Source: Catajapyx aquilonaris
Lineage: Eukaryota
Direction of reading: 5' to 3'
DNA length: 51,564 bases
Assembly (NCBI GenBank): GCA_000934665.2
Contig: KZ538717.1
Location: 1 to 51,564 of the forward strand
Part shown: in pieces, positions 1 through 13,559 of the stretch
Numbering within the stretch: position 1 is the first letter of the stretch
How the letters are laid out: every line of letters begins with the position of its first letter
Program-made: the position numbers and the translations under genes
Notes under the pieces: model-generated
What the model saw: only the letters and a program-made list of their open reading frames with translations
Database searches by the model: none
Told to the model about the DNA's origin: nothing

Positions 1-3000
1 TGGCGCTTGCATTTTGTTAAACAATACTAGATGGCGCTGGACCCAAGATGGCGCTTATGTTGGAGGTCATGTCGCAGCACTTTCTCCTGAGGGAGGGGGA
101 AAAAAAAAGAATTGAGCGGTAGCACCTCGTGAGAAGCGAGGTCCGTGACAGCCCCCAGGGCGGTCGTCCGTCCGGTTAACAACCCACGTGGGTCTCCCGC
201 CCCAAATGAGATGCAGATGCGGAAGGATGCCACGTGGGTCTCATATTTCTGTCTCCTCCGCAAACTTCCATCTCGAGAGTAGGAACTCTCTGATTTTCCT
301 CTGTCGTCCAACCACCTTGCTAACTTTCCAACTAGTGATATGTAGCAACGTCGCAAGTCTCTGCTCTTTGAATTCTCTTCTGAAGGCCCTGGGCTCTTAC
401 CACCTGCCTGTGCTTACCTGCCCCACCGACTGGAACTGGGCAAAAACTGTTGGGACCGAGAGGAAAATGACCTCAACGTTGCTAGGAAATTAAGCCCCTG
501 GCTGTTTTCTTTCCACAACTATTACAGTATACTCTAGCAGTATGTCCACAATGTAGCTTTCTTGTACTATGTATACATAGTTATTTCTACCTGTCCAAAA
601 ATGCAGTCAGGCATCCCCACTGTTGATAACTCACTTTCACCTCAAACAAAACCTGTTTCTTTACCAGCGTACTCTCAGTGCATGAATGCTAGAAGATATG
701 CGCCCAAACTGAACAATGCAGAGCACAAAAGGGGGAGCCTTTCACAATGCGAAAATCCTACGACCCCTCGGATGCACCGGAACAAAAGGTTCAAAATCGT
801 GGCAACGACGCACATGGAGTAATTACTTGAAGCGCGTGGGTACAAGGTCCATGTAAAACACATGGATAATTAGTCGGTCAGTACGCAATACAATTTTGAT
901 GATGTTGACTAACACCGAGGTGTGTTTCTCTCATAGCCGGAGCCATGACTAATAAATGTGTGGGGCTCTGGGAGTGTTTCCAGTGTCAATGGTGTGGCTA
1001 AACATGCTGGAAGGCATGTCGATGACCGGGGTGCGGCAACGGAAATGAAGTCCGTAAATTTACTGTACCCGGAATATTCGCTATTTCCCCAACCGAAACT
1101 TTCTCGCGACCTTCGAGTACTTTCAATGTGACGCAACGATGACACGACGCGTGACCAGTATGTGGGCGGTACATTTGGCCTTGAAAAAACCTGCCCTATT
1201 CCATCTTGTTTTTTTGTGCCACTGGTTGCCAGCATAGGTGAGATGACACTTGACACAGTAGAAAGCCGAGACGGGTGCCTGTAACAAAGGGCAGGAGGAC
1301 TCACCTTGCCGTGGGAAATGCACAGGCCACAAAAGCTTCAGAGAAGAAGTGAAAAAAAAGGACCGAGTGAGGATGACAGCTGCGGTTTTTTGGAGGGACT
1401 TTTCGGCCCTGCGGTTTCCCTACTTTGGATATTTCATGAAGATTTTCTCCAGGTCTGACACCTTATCTTACTATTCTTTTCAGAGCTTTTTTTTATTCCA
1501 GGAGGGGAAAAAATCCGGGGTATCTTATGTTCGTGATATCCTGTAGCACGTGCCAACGCCTAGGTCTGACAGATTCAAGATTTATTTTCAGACTATTTCC
1601 TGCATATGTGACGGTACTATTTTTGAAAATTAGAACGATTTTTTTTCGTACCGTAAGTAGGGAGATGACTTGAAGTGCAGCAGTTCACAAGTCAGATAAT
1701 TACATGCAGAGCTTAATGCAAGAATTACATTAACTATGAAAAGCAGCACTTTCTAAAATTAGTCGAAATCGTAAAACCATGAAATTAGATTAACTACCGG
1801 TACCCGGTGCATCATGCTGCGGCGACCAGAGTGCATTTCAGTGAGTCAATTAAAGTAAATTGCATAACCCGCACAGCAACAGACATCAGACAACCTTACA
1901 AGGCCCAGATGTTTTGCAATCCAATTTTTTTTTGGGGGGGGGGGAGGCCTCCGTATATAGAACCTATTCTGCAATTTAGTTTACAACCTTACCCGGAGGC
2001 TCTGACTGAAAACATCGCACACGAATATTGACCATAACCTTCCCTAAGGCATCAAGCCCAGAACACGAACAATATACCCCATAAATGCAAAATACTTTCC
2101 CCCCCAAAAAAGGAATCCAGCCAAAAATTGTAACCCGGAAGCTCCAGGACCTTTCAAGCTTTTTTTATACCATTCCCTAGGACTCATCCTGACCACTTTG
2201 AAACCAGCAGCCATCATCATCCAGGCCAAAATCCAGGTTTGCGTGAATCGCACCGGTCCAATTTCCCACGGGAGGTGGACACCAGGACTAGAGGAAAAGG
2301 TTATTCACACAAACCTGGAAAAGCCACCACCTGCATGTAAATATGCTTGAAATTCTTTTTTGAAATGTCGCGCTCAGATTGTTTCCAGAATTATGACGCC
2401 AAAGGTCGATATGTCGCTTAAACATATTTTTGGAGAGGTCCTATATACTCTGAAAAGAACCGGCATCCCCCTCGCTATTCAAGTCATGCATGTCCGAATC
2501 CTGTTCGAAGCGCTGCAAACTGTTCAGTTCACAGAATGAATGCGATGGGCATTCAGCCGTCCCTAACTTCTCTATAATGGTCCATATGGGAATGCAATAA
2601 CTCGTCTCGTTCATCCTCCCCCTATACCACCCCCGCTTCATTCCATCCTATACCCCCCAAACCCATAGCACTTCTCTAGGCCCCAGTCCCACCAGCAATT
2701 CGCTATTGATTTGTCAGTGTGTAGGCGAGATACACAGTACGGGAGAGTAGAGAAGACGTCTTGGTTGGCTGAAGACATCTCAATGCCCACTGCTTTTCTT
2801 GGGGTGAAAATTCCTGTACAGTTCTGATCAAGTAGTATAATTTTGGGAGCTACAGAAAATGGAATGCATTATCCCTAGAGGGCATGCATTCCCTGGCGAG
2901 TATTATCCTAGGATTTGGGGCCTTCGAATGGAAAAGCCTATGGCCAAATCCAGATTATTGCTGGGCTTTATTAGAAACATATCATGGAGAGAAAGGAGCT

Positions 3001-6000
3001 TTGAAACGTAAATGTAATATTGCTGGACTGTAATGCATGGTTTCAGGCATACCTCGAGCATTTTTGAAATTTTAATTTTTAACATTATTTTATGTATATG
3101 TGGCCTTACAATTTTGAGCGTTGGTGAAGTCCTTAAAAATTCATACGGAGACAGTATTTTCTGCAATGCCTTTTTTCACACTCTCAGTAATGAGTAGGTA
3201 AGCCAATTTGTTTATCTACTGATCCCCTTCAGAGACCACAGGGACATTGCATAGCCAGGAACCGAACAAAAGAAAAGGGGTAGCCATTTGAAAGGCGTCC
3301 AAGCACAACGCCCCTGACGTCCACCACCTGGTACCCCTTCCAAGCATGGCTTCCAAATAAAAATCCAACCCCCCCTCTGACCAACTTTTTTTTTCTTTTT
3401 TTTTGAGGACTGGGGGGGCTAGGGTGGGCCCTATCCTCGGCCCAACTGAAGCGAGAAAAAGCCCACTACCGCTTCCAGAGAGAAAAAGTCGGGCTCTTTT
3501 GGGCCCGGGCAAATTTGGGGGCTTTCCATTTCGCAGCCCGCTGTTCGAACGCCAGCTCATTTGGAGAAGTTGGAGCCCGCCAGCCGAGTTTATTTTAAAG
3601 TGGAAGACCATTACCCCAGGCAATTTTGTGGACGTGAACTATTGATTCAGAGCCAAAAATCCCGCTGCTTTTTTTTTTGTAAGCTAAACACCCTGTTTTC
3701 TTACTTGACAAAAGAGTCGCCATCTATATTTTTTATTGGCTAGTCCGGTTACACTTCAAGGGATGCCCATACTTCACAAGGTCTGAGAAAAACCTTGCTA
3801 CATGCAATTGCATAAATTGACATTTCCTGGAAAATTTTGAGGTCGACCTTGGAATTTACATGTGAATGACCTGATATTAGGCAACGTTGTATCGGGTTTA
3901 TTACCCTAGTGAGACGATCGTCTGTCAGAATGAGGGCGGAACCTAACTGGTGACGTGGGTCCTCCAACAAGGTTTCTAGGCCGCCAGCAGGTGAGATAAG
4001 CACTGTTATGTACACACACACATGGCAGCATTTGAGCCATAATCAACCTGCGACACCTGCCTATTCCTGAGACTGAGATTTGGCTGTTTGAATTGAGTTA
4101 AAAGGTTTAGCCTGGTTTTAGGCTCGATATCCCTGACATGGATACTGGTGTCAGGAACAATGGCTTAGGTGTTATTTCATCCTTTTTCCCAACTGGCACA
4201 TATGGAAATTTGATATTTTTTCCACTGCGAAATATGCAATTAAACAGCAGTTGGTTTGAACACAACGCTTATATCAAAAGTACCGTAATCAAATAAATAA
4301 CTAAAAATGTTACATAATAAAATCGGCATGTAACACGAATAATAAGCGAATAATAAATATTAGTAGATGTAACACAACATTCAAATTTGTCGCAAAGGCA
4401 AGCCCTGTTGTGTTTGATCATTTATCATTAGGGGGTGGTGAAGCGCATGGTCGTTCGTGCACACCAGGCATTGTATCGCAATTCTGCACACACTGTACAG
4501 AATTGTATGAATAGCAAATGTGCCAAACGAACCCTTTTGTTCCGGAGCCAAAGTGGTAAATTAATGCAGTGCATCCCATTCGCTGCAAACCACGCACAAT
4601 TCCTTAAACTTGCACTTCATTACTGTTGAGGGGGGTAGGGGGGAGGGAAATGCAAACAAAACTACCCTTAGCAACCCCTCCCCACGTGACGCAATATTCC
4701 AAATAGCAGGTCGCTGCACTACTAACATAATTAGCTACGTTCCACCCAATTAACCTCACCGCAAATCATCAATTTATACTAATATGCTAATTTTTCCTCA
4801 ATTTTACCTCGAGCTAATTTTTGAAAAATTAACTCACAAATATTTACGCGGTTAAAAAAAATTGCATCAATCAAACGTCAATCTTGGTAAAATTTTTCTA
4901 CCTCCAGCTTCTGCCCATAGCAGGTAATTTCTCGCTCACTTGCATCACTAATTAATCAAACCGGGTTCTAAATTCAAGTATGACTTTTTAAAGCTCACTT
5001 CATCTCGGGTCCCGTGCAAGGGGTAGAGTTATATGCAAAAAAAGGGTGCCTCGTCGATTGAATCCACATAGGAAGGCCTTTAATTAGATGGACCTAATTA
5101 AAATGAGTTCACGTTATGCAAACTCTTGGCCCGCGTTTTACCGTAGTTCCTCCCTAAATTTTGTATCTACACACCCGACACCTCGAGCACGATGTATGCG
5201 CCAAAAACTGCTGGTTAAAAAAAGCGTATGCACGTGATTCCGTCCGGTTGATTCTGCAAGTGCAAACCCTCCCTCGTCAGATCCGCCTGACTTAAACTGT
5301 AATTCCAATAATGAATGAGCAAAAGGGATCTGTGGTAATGCTGTTTGTCTGGCAGGTTTCAACCAGGCACCCCCGCTCATCCTTGCTCTGGTCACAATAA
5401 TGGCAGGCAGGTCACGCCCCTGCGCCACGGGCCTCTTTCCATATGTATAGCACCGTGTGTGATTCCCATACGCAACAGTAGCTTTGCAAATGTGGGGACC
5501 GTCGCAAAAATGTTAAAAGCGATGCGGTATATCAGAAAGAGGATATAACATGTTAATATTAAACAGATATTTAAATTTATTATTATTATTATTATGACAG
5601 TCAGGTCAATGGCTGATGTCATCACATGGCTTCCAAGAATTTCCCTCCAGCAAAACACCCTTGTTTAAACTTTGGGAGCATTTCCTTTTTGCTGCCAGCC
5701 CCCAAACAGCAATGGCGGCACGGACCGTAGCTTCACACACAAAAAAACACACCGTCCATTTCATAATGAAAAGTTACCGAGGCGCAAATGACAATGGTCG
5801 ACTCGCCGGCACATATTTACCTGTCAAAAGGCGGGCGATTTGGGCTTTCCCAAGCCAGCAGCTGATGGATGCCTTTTGGGACAAAGTACGCCTCGTATTT
5901 TACCCCCCTAGATAAACATGCGTCACGGCTCTGAATATTGATATCAACATATAGACAAACCTTGACCTGTAGATAACCTTAGCGAGGTCATGTCTGGGCA

Positions 6001-8737
6001 ATAGCAAGCAGGTGAGAGGATGTTGATAAGATAGGTGTCATTTCAAGCAGTGATTCATGAAGGTTATTAAGGTTGGACTGGCTATCTATGGTAAACAAAT
6101 GGCGTCCGTATGTACTTACCTCTGAGTAGCCGAACTTCCCAAAATCCGGGTCACAGGTTACACAACACTCACTGATATACAGGACCGGCATGGACCGTCT
6201 GCAATGAGATGCTGTGTTATGCGGCTCGCTGCCGCAACTGAGCCCCGACCGAACCACACCGAGTCTCCCAGCTGCCTGAGCACCCCTCTCTCACAGCCCT
6301 GCCTCCCCCGGCCTTACAACACAGGCGCTCGGTTGCCACATGCACTGCGCATACCCCAGACTTATACCTGAGGATCACAGCAATTTTTTAAGGAATGGAC
6401 CAGGGCGGGGGAAACGGAAAGGCAAATTTACCTTTGTTAATTGATTCCGAGGAGTGTTTCGCTGCAATTACTCACCTTTCGTGGGCTCTTCAATTAATGA
6501 TTGGGGATATGGAAGTGATAGTAATTGACGCCGGGAGGGTTCGCTGTATATGGGACGTCCTTCACGGAGAATTAACCGTTTCCTTTATGCTGGGGGAAAT
6601 TACTGCCGTTTCGCTTGGCTTCAGAGTATACCAATAATCCTTGGTTTGTGCTACAACCGGGCTCTAATAACAAGCTGCTCCTGGTTTTGAATCAACACCC
6701 AAGAGGTAGGTGGATCGAGTAACAATGCAGCCTTGTGACCATGTTTTTAGTTACATCGTGCATAGGATGTTACAGAAACCAGAGATATTTTGTAGAGGGT
6801 TGCACAGAGTGAGCACAATACCAAATCAATACTGTATCCCAAGCTTGGAGGACGGAACTGCCAAGAAGGTATCTGTCAGACAATCTGAAAACCGATCTCG
6901 AGTTGGAAATGGCGTGATGAACTAAGGACTGGTAGGGGAGACCCAGAATCATGCCGAAGAAATATATATTTTTTTATATACCTCGCTGATATCCTGGGAA
7001 AGAGATCCGGACAGTGTCCAAGTAGGAATCGACACCGTCGGGACACCGCAGCAAAGACAAAATTTTCTGGAACAGGAATTTCTCGGGCGCATTTCGAACA
7101 GAAGGTCTCATCTGCGACCCATTTCCTCTGGATCTGAGACCGAAAGAAATGAGGTGAAGTGGAGGGCTCTTTTGAGACGGCAGATGAAAGGAAAAGGGAA
7201 AATGGAATGCAGAAGAGGTATAAAGACAAAGAGAAATGCTTCTCAACGATCTTTCTTACCCTGCTCCCTGGGGACAACTATGGAAACACAAAAATAGAAT
7301 AAAATAAGCGCCCTTGTTGGATAAAAAAAAGGAGAGCCCCCGGTAATTTTTCGGCTCGGGAAATCCACCAAATAACTCAGCATGCGCAATCAAACGGCGC
7401 GTTCACCTGACAAAGCGCACATCCTATCCAAAAGCATTATTTCTACATCCCTATTTTAAAAAAGGAACTTTTTAGGAGGTAGCCTATATCCGCTTGATTT
7501 ATCCCTGGAAATGTTCCGTTTCAACATGGCTCTTCTCCAAATGGTGGAGAAACGTTCTTGTGGGCTGTTGAGTGATCTAGGTTTTTTTGCGTGTGTCCCC
7601 ACAGAAGAAAGGAGAACGAATCGTCAGTAGAAATGCTCTCCGGGGAGCTGGAAAAAGTCCATTCCACCCTACCAATAACGATTGATTAATTACGTGGATC
7701 CAGGGCTACACCGCTGCCGCTGCTAGTTACACACCGAAACCAACGTCCGAGTGCGGAAAAGAGAGACAAATGACGCCACAAGTTTTCTTCCAGCTTGTAA
7801 CGCACAAGGGACCACCTAACAAATTATTAAGCAATTTTCTTCAACTCCAAATATTCACTAGAATTGACCAGAAAAATTCTGTAAACAACACTTCGGGCGA
7901 AGAAATTTCTAAAATTCGTGATTTTAAATTATTGAAAGAATTGGTTCCAATTTAAGCCAACAGATGGATGGACATCACTGGCGCCATCCTTTGGCCATAT
8001 CTGAACTCCAATTTGATTCGCTCCTATCAGAAATGTATCCACTCATGATGCTGAGTTGTAACCCCCAATTTGGTATACCTACTCGAAAATATTATCTCGG
8101 TTTGGAGGGATTCACTGAATCACCCTGCATTTCAGCCCTCCGACACATGTACTTGCATGGGAAGTAGAGTCGTGGAACCTCTTTCGGCGGCAGGACCCAA
8201 CTTCATCTGTATGCATGGCTTGGACCGCTTAACTCTCCCCCCGATAATATTGATACAGGCAAAGTGAGGGTGGGCTGGAAAGAGACTTGGTTGGAGGAAA
8301 AGGTAGAGAGAAAAAAAATGAAACCTTCGCGGAAGCTTCGCCATTTTGGTTACAAAGTCGTGTAAAATTATGCACTACATAGTAACAGATTCGAGGACTA
8401 ATATTATTACTCCATGTGGGATTTTGGGTTGGATTCAGATTGCTAATTTTTTCCCTTTTTTTCATACCGATCCTCTGTCAGTTTTTTGGAAGCAGGTAAA
8501 AGTGTGAGTTCAAAAGGTGGAGGCGTACGTGATGAGACGACACAAATTTACAGAGGGGGGGGGGGGAGCAGAAGATAACTCAATGTGCATGGAATGGCAA
8601 AAGTTCGCTTCCAAACGCGAGAATCTATCTCGTGAGCCGGAGCTTATTAGGACGACTCATGACCCAATCTATGCACACTGCACGTGGGGGGAGAATTAAT
8701 TTCCGGGAGTTTACTTTAACTCAGCAGAGTTGCAAGA

Positions 8738-8757
8738 AGAGAGAGTCAGAGAGAGTC

Positions 8758-8800
<43 letters not shown>
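8738..8800. repeat. (GA)n microsatellite preceded by two AGAGAGAGTC units
   Basis: A pure AG dinucleotide run is directly visible at 8762-8800. Confidence 0.97.
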
Positions 8801-8804
<4 letters not shown>

Positions 8805-10313
8805 AAAAAAGAACTCTATCGGAATTCTTGATAAGAAACCCCTGGCTGTAAAGAGGGAGCGAAAAAGTATCTAAAAGTTTCCAGCCTTCCTACTTCATCT
8901 GCATTTTCTTGTCAAAAGAAGTTGAAAACCTTCTCGCATGAAAACATCACCTCATGAATGTAAGAACATGCCTGGCTTATTTTTGACTCCGACTCGAGCT
9001 GTTTTAATTTTTTTGCAATAATATATTCAAAAATTGGCGCTGGTCCTAGCCTGCCGTCTATCGGGAGTGTTGAGTACTACTTGTAGAGCGGTGTTTTCAA
9101 ACCTTGTAAAACGAAACAGAAGGGTGCTCGTACAATAAGAGGTGGGGGTATCCCCACAAGAAGAGCGTGTGTGTTAGGAAGTACTTGACGCTGAATCAGC
9201 GATGCTTGGGTGGCGTGAATAATTCATGGCCCACAATCCCAAAGTTGCCAGCAAGAGCAGCAACCAGCAACCAACTAGCTGATGAAAGTTAGGGGGTGGG
9301 GAGGACTGTTGCTGGAAATTCTAACTCGCCAGCAGGGCTCTGGCTTGTTTTCTTTCCTTGTGCTGACAGACAGTAGGTTTCCCCTCGTCCCTTTGAATAT
9401 GAAACGCTGTCGGGTCCTAACTTTGTTTGTCGATAGGGGAAGGGTGGCAGGCGACAGGTCCAATTGGGACCCGGACCTGACGGGTCATGTTTTTCGCCAC
9501 GTGCCAAAAAAAATTGGCTCGTTTCATGACTTTCCAAGTACTGGGAATTACATTAGTTTTTACCTTTGATGTGTTCACTTGGGGCAGGTCGGCTTCTCCA
9601 GCACTAGCTACATATATGCAAACATACACTGCCCTCGAATATGTCCGCCCAGAAAATTTATGATTCGTCCTGTGCATTGTTTTGAACCGCCAAATCGTCC
9701 TGATATGAATGAGGGATTCGCGATACTGTCTGTTTTCCCCGTAGCGTATACTACTGATCGACGATAGGACATTTCTGCAGCCAATTTAATAACTAGCTCG
9801 GCCTGCTTTTTGTTTCAGGAAAAAGAAAAATGGATTCACAAAGCAGAATGGTGAGATTAGTCCATATTTCCTAGCTCACTATAAACAGTGGTAATGAACC
9901 TCTCGAGCAACAGGATGAGAATAAGGGCTTAAAAAAACTAAAGGACTGAAGGAGGGGGAAAAAATGTATAATTCTAGAAATTACTTTTCCTCGTCTTGCA
10001 AAATGGACTACACGATAAGTGGAAGGGTTTAGTACATTATCATCCTAAAAGTTCTTTGTGCTGTGCAGAGGCGGAGAGACCGGGTGAAAAACCTATGTCG
10101 GAGTGGGTGGTACTTGCCAGCTCCAGCCATGACTATAGAACCCTAGGGGACCAGGCTTCATCCCAGTTGGCCCCCTCCCGAAAAAAAAAATTAAATTAGG
10201 GAAACAATCTGAATGTGACGTCCTTGGGGGAATTACAGTTGGAGCAAATGACACAACTGCTAAAGCGCCCTGTTTACAAGGAAGTTAACGACGCCGTTAG
10301 CTTTTGGGTCTCC

Positions 10314-10325
10314 NNNNNNNNNNNN
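10314..10325. other. Assembly gap (others at 15917-15923, 25154, 49274, 49938-49941)
   Basis: Runs of N, each at or within a few bases of a long G or C homopolymer. Confidence 0.98.
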
Positions 10326-11581
10326 NCCCCCCCCCCCCGGAGGAGGATGGTCTTGACTCTTGTTTGCTTCGAGATCCACCGCAGCAGCAAGCAAAAGCCC
10401 CGCCGGCCTTATTTGCCTGGGGTTTTATATGTGTGGGGTTCTAGGTGGCGGAGGAAGCTCTTGATAAATGAGACTCCAGGCCTGGAATCGGTTTGCACGA
10501 CAAACAGCAGCCGGAGAACTTGATCGGATAACGGATGACCGCACACTATCATGGATTTATTTATTTTTCATTAGGCTCCCATTAGCCTCCGGCCATTGCG
10601 CCCGACCTTTCCATCCGTTACCGTCTCCATACCCATATTTTATATTTTAATCTAATTGGCCCTAATGTTGCAGCTGACACTGAAAACCAGCCTATTTTAA
10701 ATGATGACTGAACATGGGGAGGGGCATCCACGTTCCTAATTAATTCTGCGTAAATCCAATCGTGCGTGCCTTTACGCAACCATGTCAAGGCACCGGCTCT
10801 TATCCTAACCGTACACACACGATGTGTCCAGTGACGCGGCAAAAACTGAGCAACTTGGTCTGAAACAAACTGAAGCAACCATGCCACACAGGATCCTAAC
10901 AAATTGGGACCACACACCCCAGTAACTTTTTTTTTTAGAAATATCCTGACTTACGGGCCTTAATGAATTTGTCGTAAGCCTCGGCACGCTTTCTGGGTCC
11001 TAAATGCCACGGTGACCACCGTCTCTTATCCTAAGAGATCGGCAGCACACTCTGGCTTCGACGACTCTATAGGTAAGAAGTCACTGAGAGCTCGGCTACA
11101 GTAAAACGGATTTGGCTTGGTTTGCTGAAGAGGATGCAGCGGGGTTTAGTTGAAAGTGGGTAGTTTTTGATAGGATTGCGGAGGAGAAGGGGGAAGGCGG
11201 GGAAGGGGAGGAGGGTTTGGGGATGCTTTGGCGCCAGTGACGCCTGCTGTGGAAACAAGGACGCTAGCAAACAGCAGTCTTTTCTTCCTCCAGCTGGGAT
11301 TGTATTTGACTTAAATCGCCATCTTAAAGGGACTAAGGTGACGAGCTGACATTCTTAACGTACCATGTCGTAATAATATCGGCGAATGTTTCTGGTTAAA
11401 TATATGGTGGTCACCCCTTTGCAAAAGGAAAGCCTGCTGTGCAAGAGCAGAACAGCAGAAAGTATATAAACCATTTGTTTTAATGCTGCGCTAGAGTGGT
11501 GATGGGATTTTCCTGTGCTTTCATGCATAAAGAGCCTTACAGTACAGTCGTATGCAAAAGTTTCTCTGTTGGCGTGTTATT

Positions 11582-11696
11582 AGTATTATGCATTTGAATT
11601 ATTTTTGTCATTAACTTTTATAAGGACCAACAGTCAATCAATCTCGAAATTTCCTTATAAAAGTTAATGACAAAAATAATTCAAATGCATAATACT
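11582..11696. repeat. Perfect inverted repeat, 45-bp arms with a 25-nt spacer
   Basis: 11582-11626 (AGTATTATGCATTTGAATTATTTTTGTCATTAACTTTTATAAGGA) is the exact reverse complement of 11652-11696. Confidence 0.97.
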
Positions 11697-11760
11697 TATC
11701 CTGCCATGTTATTAGCAGTGTCGTGTTATAACACGACACTGCTAATAACATGGCAGGATA
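11697..11760. repeat. Perfect 64-bp palindrome (32-bp arms, no spacer)
   Basis: The sequence is TATCCTGCCATGTTATTAGCAGTGTCGTGTTA|TAACACGACACTGCTAATAACATGGCAGGATA, centred between 11728 and 11729. Confidence 0.97.
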
Positions 11761-13559
11761 TGTACTGCCTGAGAAATAATATTACTCATTACCATATTTC
11801 AAGCTAACAAGCCCAGAGGTATTCATGATGTGTGCAGAAGAACAAGCACGCATGCAGCGAGTATGACCGCCATAGGCAGTACATAAACATGTGCTTCCTA
11901 TAAAATGTCAGCACGAGTTTTTCTAATGGTTTTTTTTCTGAGAGTTGTCATGGTTAGCAGACACGTCACGGACTGCAACCGAAAGGGCCCACCAGAAGCT
12001 AGGTTTCCTTCCGGTTTCCTCCTCAGCACAAGCCAAGGCAGTTTTTGGAGAAGGCTCAAAATAAACGACACTTCTTTTGATTCTGGCCGGAAAAGACGGG
12101 GATGGGGGTGGAAAAGGAAATGCAGGTTCCAAAAAACCATATACGAAAAAGTGAAAATCCGTTCAGCTGGCTCGCAGTATATATATACACATCCCACACC
12201 TAGCTTTGCCAGCTTTGTATGCTGGCACTCACCACATTTACAGAGTGAATCAAAGCCGCCGCACACTGTGCTTATAACATATGACTCAACCTCAGAATTC
12301 TTGCCTCCACCTGGATCAAAGTGCATTTCTCAGACGCACATTTTGCACCCGAATATTTAGCAAAGTTATGCCTTGTGTTCACATACCATTAAAATGCCAT
12401 GTAAACCAAGCGACATTTGCCAAAATCTCGTCATTCTGATTCTGTCATATCGCAAGAGCGTTCCTTTCGACGTCGTAAGCCAAACCACAATGTCGTAAAA
12501 GCGTGATGCATAAAAACTGCAGCTATTGAAAGGCATCCGGCCACATTGCAAAAACATAGTGAACCCTCTATTATTCAAATGGGTCGAGTCTTTAAAAGAG
12601 GAAGGAAGGGTGTCGGTGAATCTGACTTTATATAGGGAGTAGGCCAAAGTCATCACCAAAGAGAAACAACACTGGGATGGTGGATTTTACTAGCCATATA
12701 AGATCTTGCAATGGATTGGCTTAGTAAGAAGGCACACCCTGTGGGTGCACCCTCAACGAGAGTGACATGAAATGGTAATTTGTTTCCAAACTTGGGAGTG
12801 GGAAATATACAAAGAGGAATATTGCCACTAGAAGCAAAGTTTAATAAAAGCTGGAAAAAATAAGTTCGTTTTTTTCCCAGGAGCTCTCTCTCTCGAGCCG
12901 GTTTCGATCCGGGATGGTATTATTGGTAAGTCCAGCAATAAAAAAAGGACCGGAAGCAAATTCTTTATGGGCATATATGTTTGGAGCTGACCCAGAGTCC
13001 GATCTGCAATTCATACTGTAATGGAGCCCACTTTTCATGGTTAGAAACAATTTTGTGATACTGCTGTGGCATAAAAGGCACTCTATATAGTCGTCATATG
13101 ATATCAGTCAAACTGGTATCACTGACCTTATTTGCCCAAATCGCTACCCTCACGAAACTCCCGGACATTATTCTTGCTCGAACAATTTATATCACTCCAA
13201 CCCTTGTATAGTCAAAGGAAAATGTATTGCTTTCCGAGGCAAATAATGACGCACCGAGTACTCTCCATGTTCACAACGTGCGTGTCCGGGACATGGTGGC
13301 AAATTCCCAATAGTCAGTCACACAACAAGCAGACAAGGAACTCAACACGAATACACCACGATGACTTCATTAGGATAATCCTGGTGGTTTGGACGCGTGT
13401 GTATGGTGGGGGGAAAAGAGACAAAACCGAAACAAGCTGTCGTTATTACCATATAGGTGAGGTTGTCAGAGTTGGAAGCTCGTAAAAGCTTATTTGGTGA
13501 GGCCATGGGGGCTCCTTTCCCTCCTGCAATCCTATTTGTGACAAGGCAGGGGTTTCTGG

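Noticed and set aside
566..581. Short perfect palindromes and hairpins (also about 2861-2892, 26048-26068, 32422-32435, 43386-43409)
   Set aside because: Stems of 7-9 bp are within chance expectation for a window of this length.
11011..11415. 10-bp inverted pair GGTGACCACC/GGTGGTCACC as possible MITE ends
   Set aside because: There is no TSD, and 10-bp inverted matches at this spacing are expected by chance in a 51-kb window.
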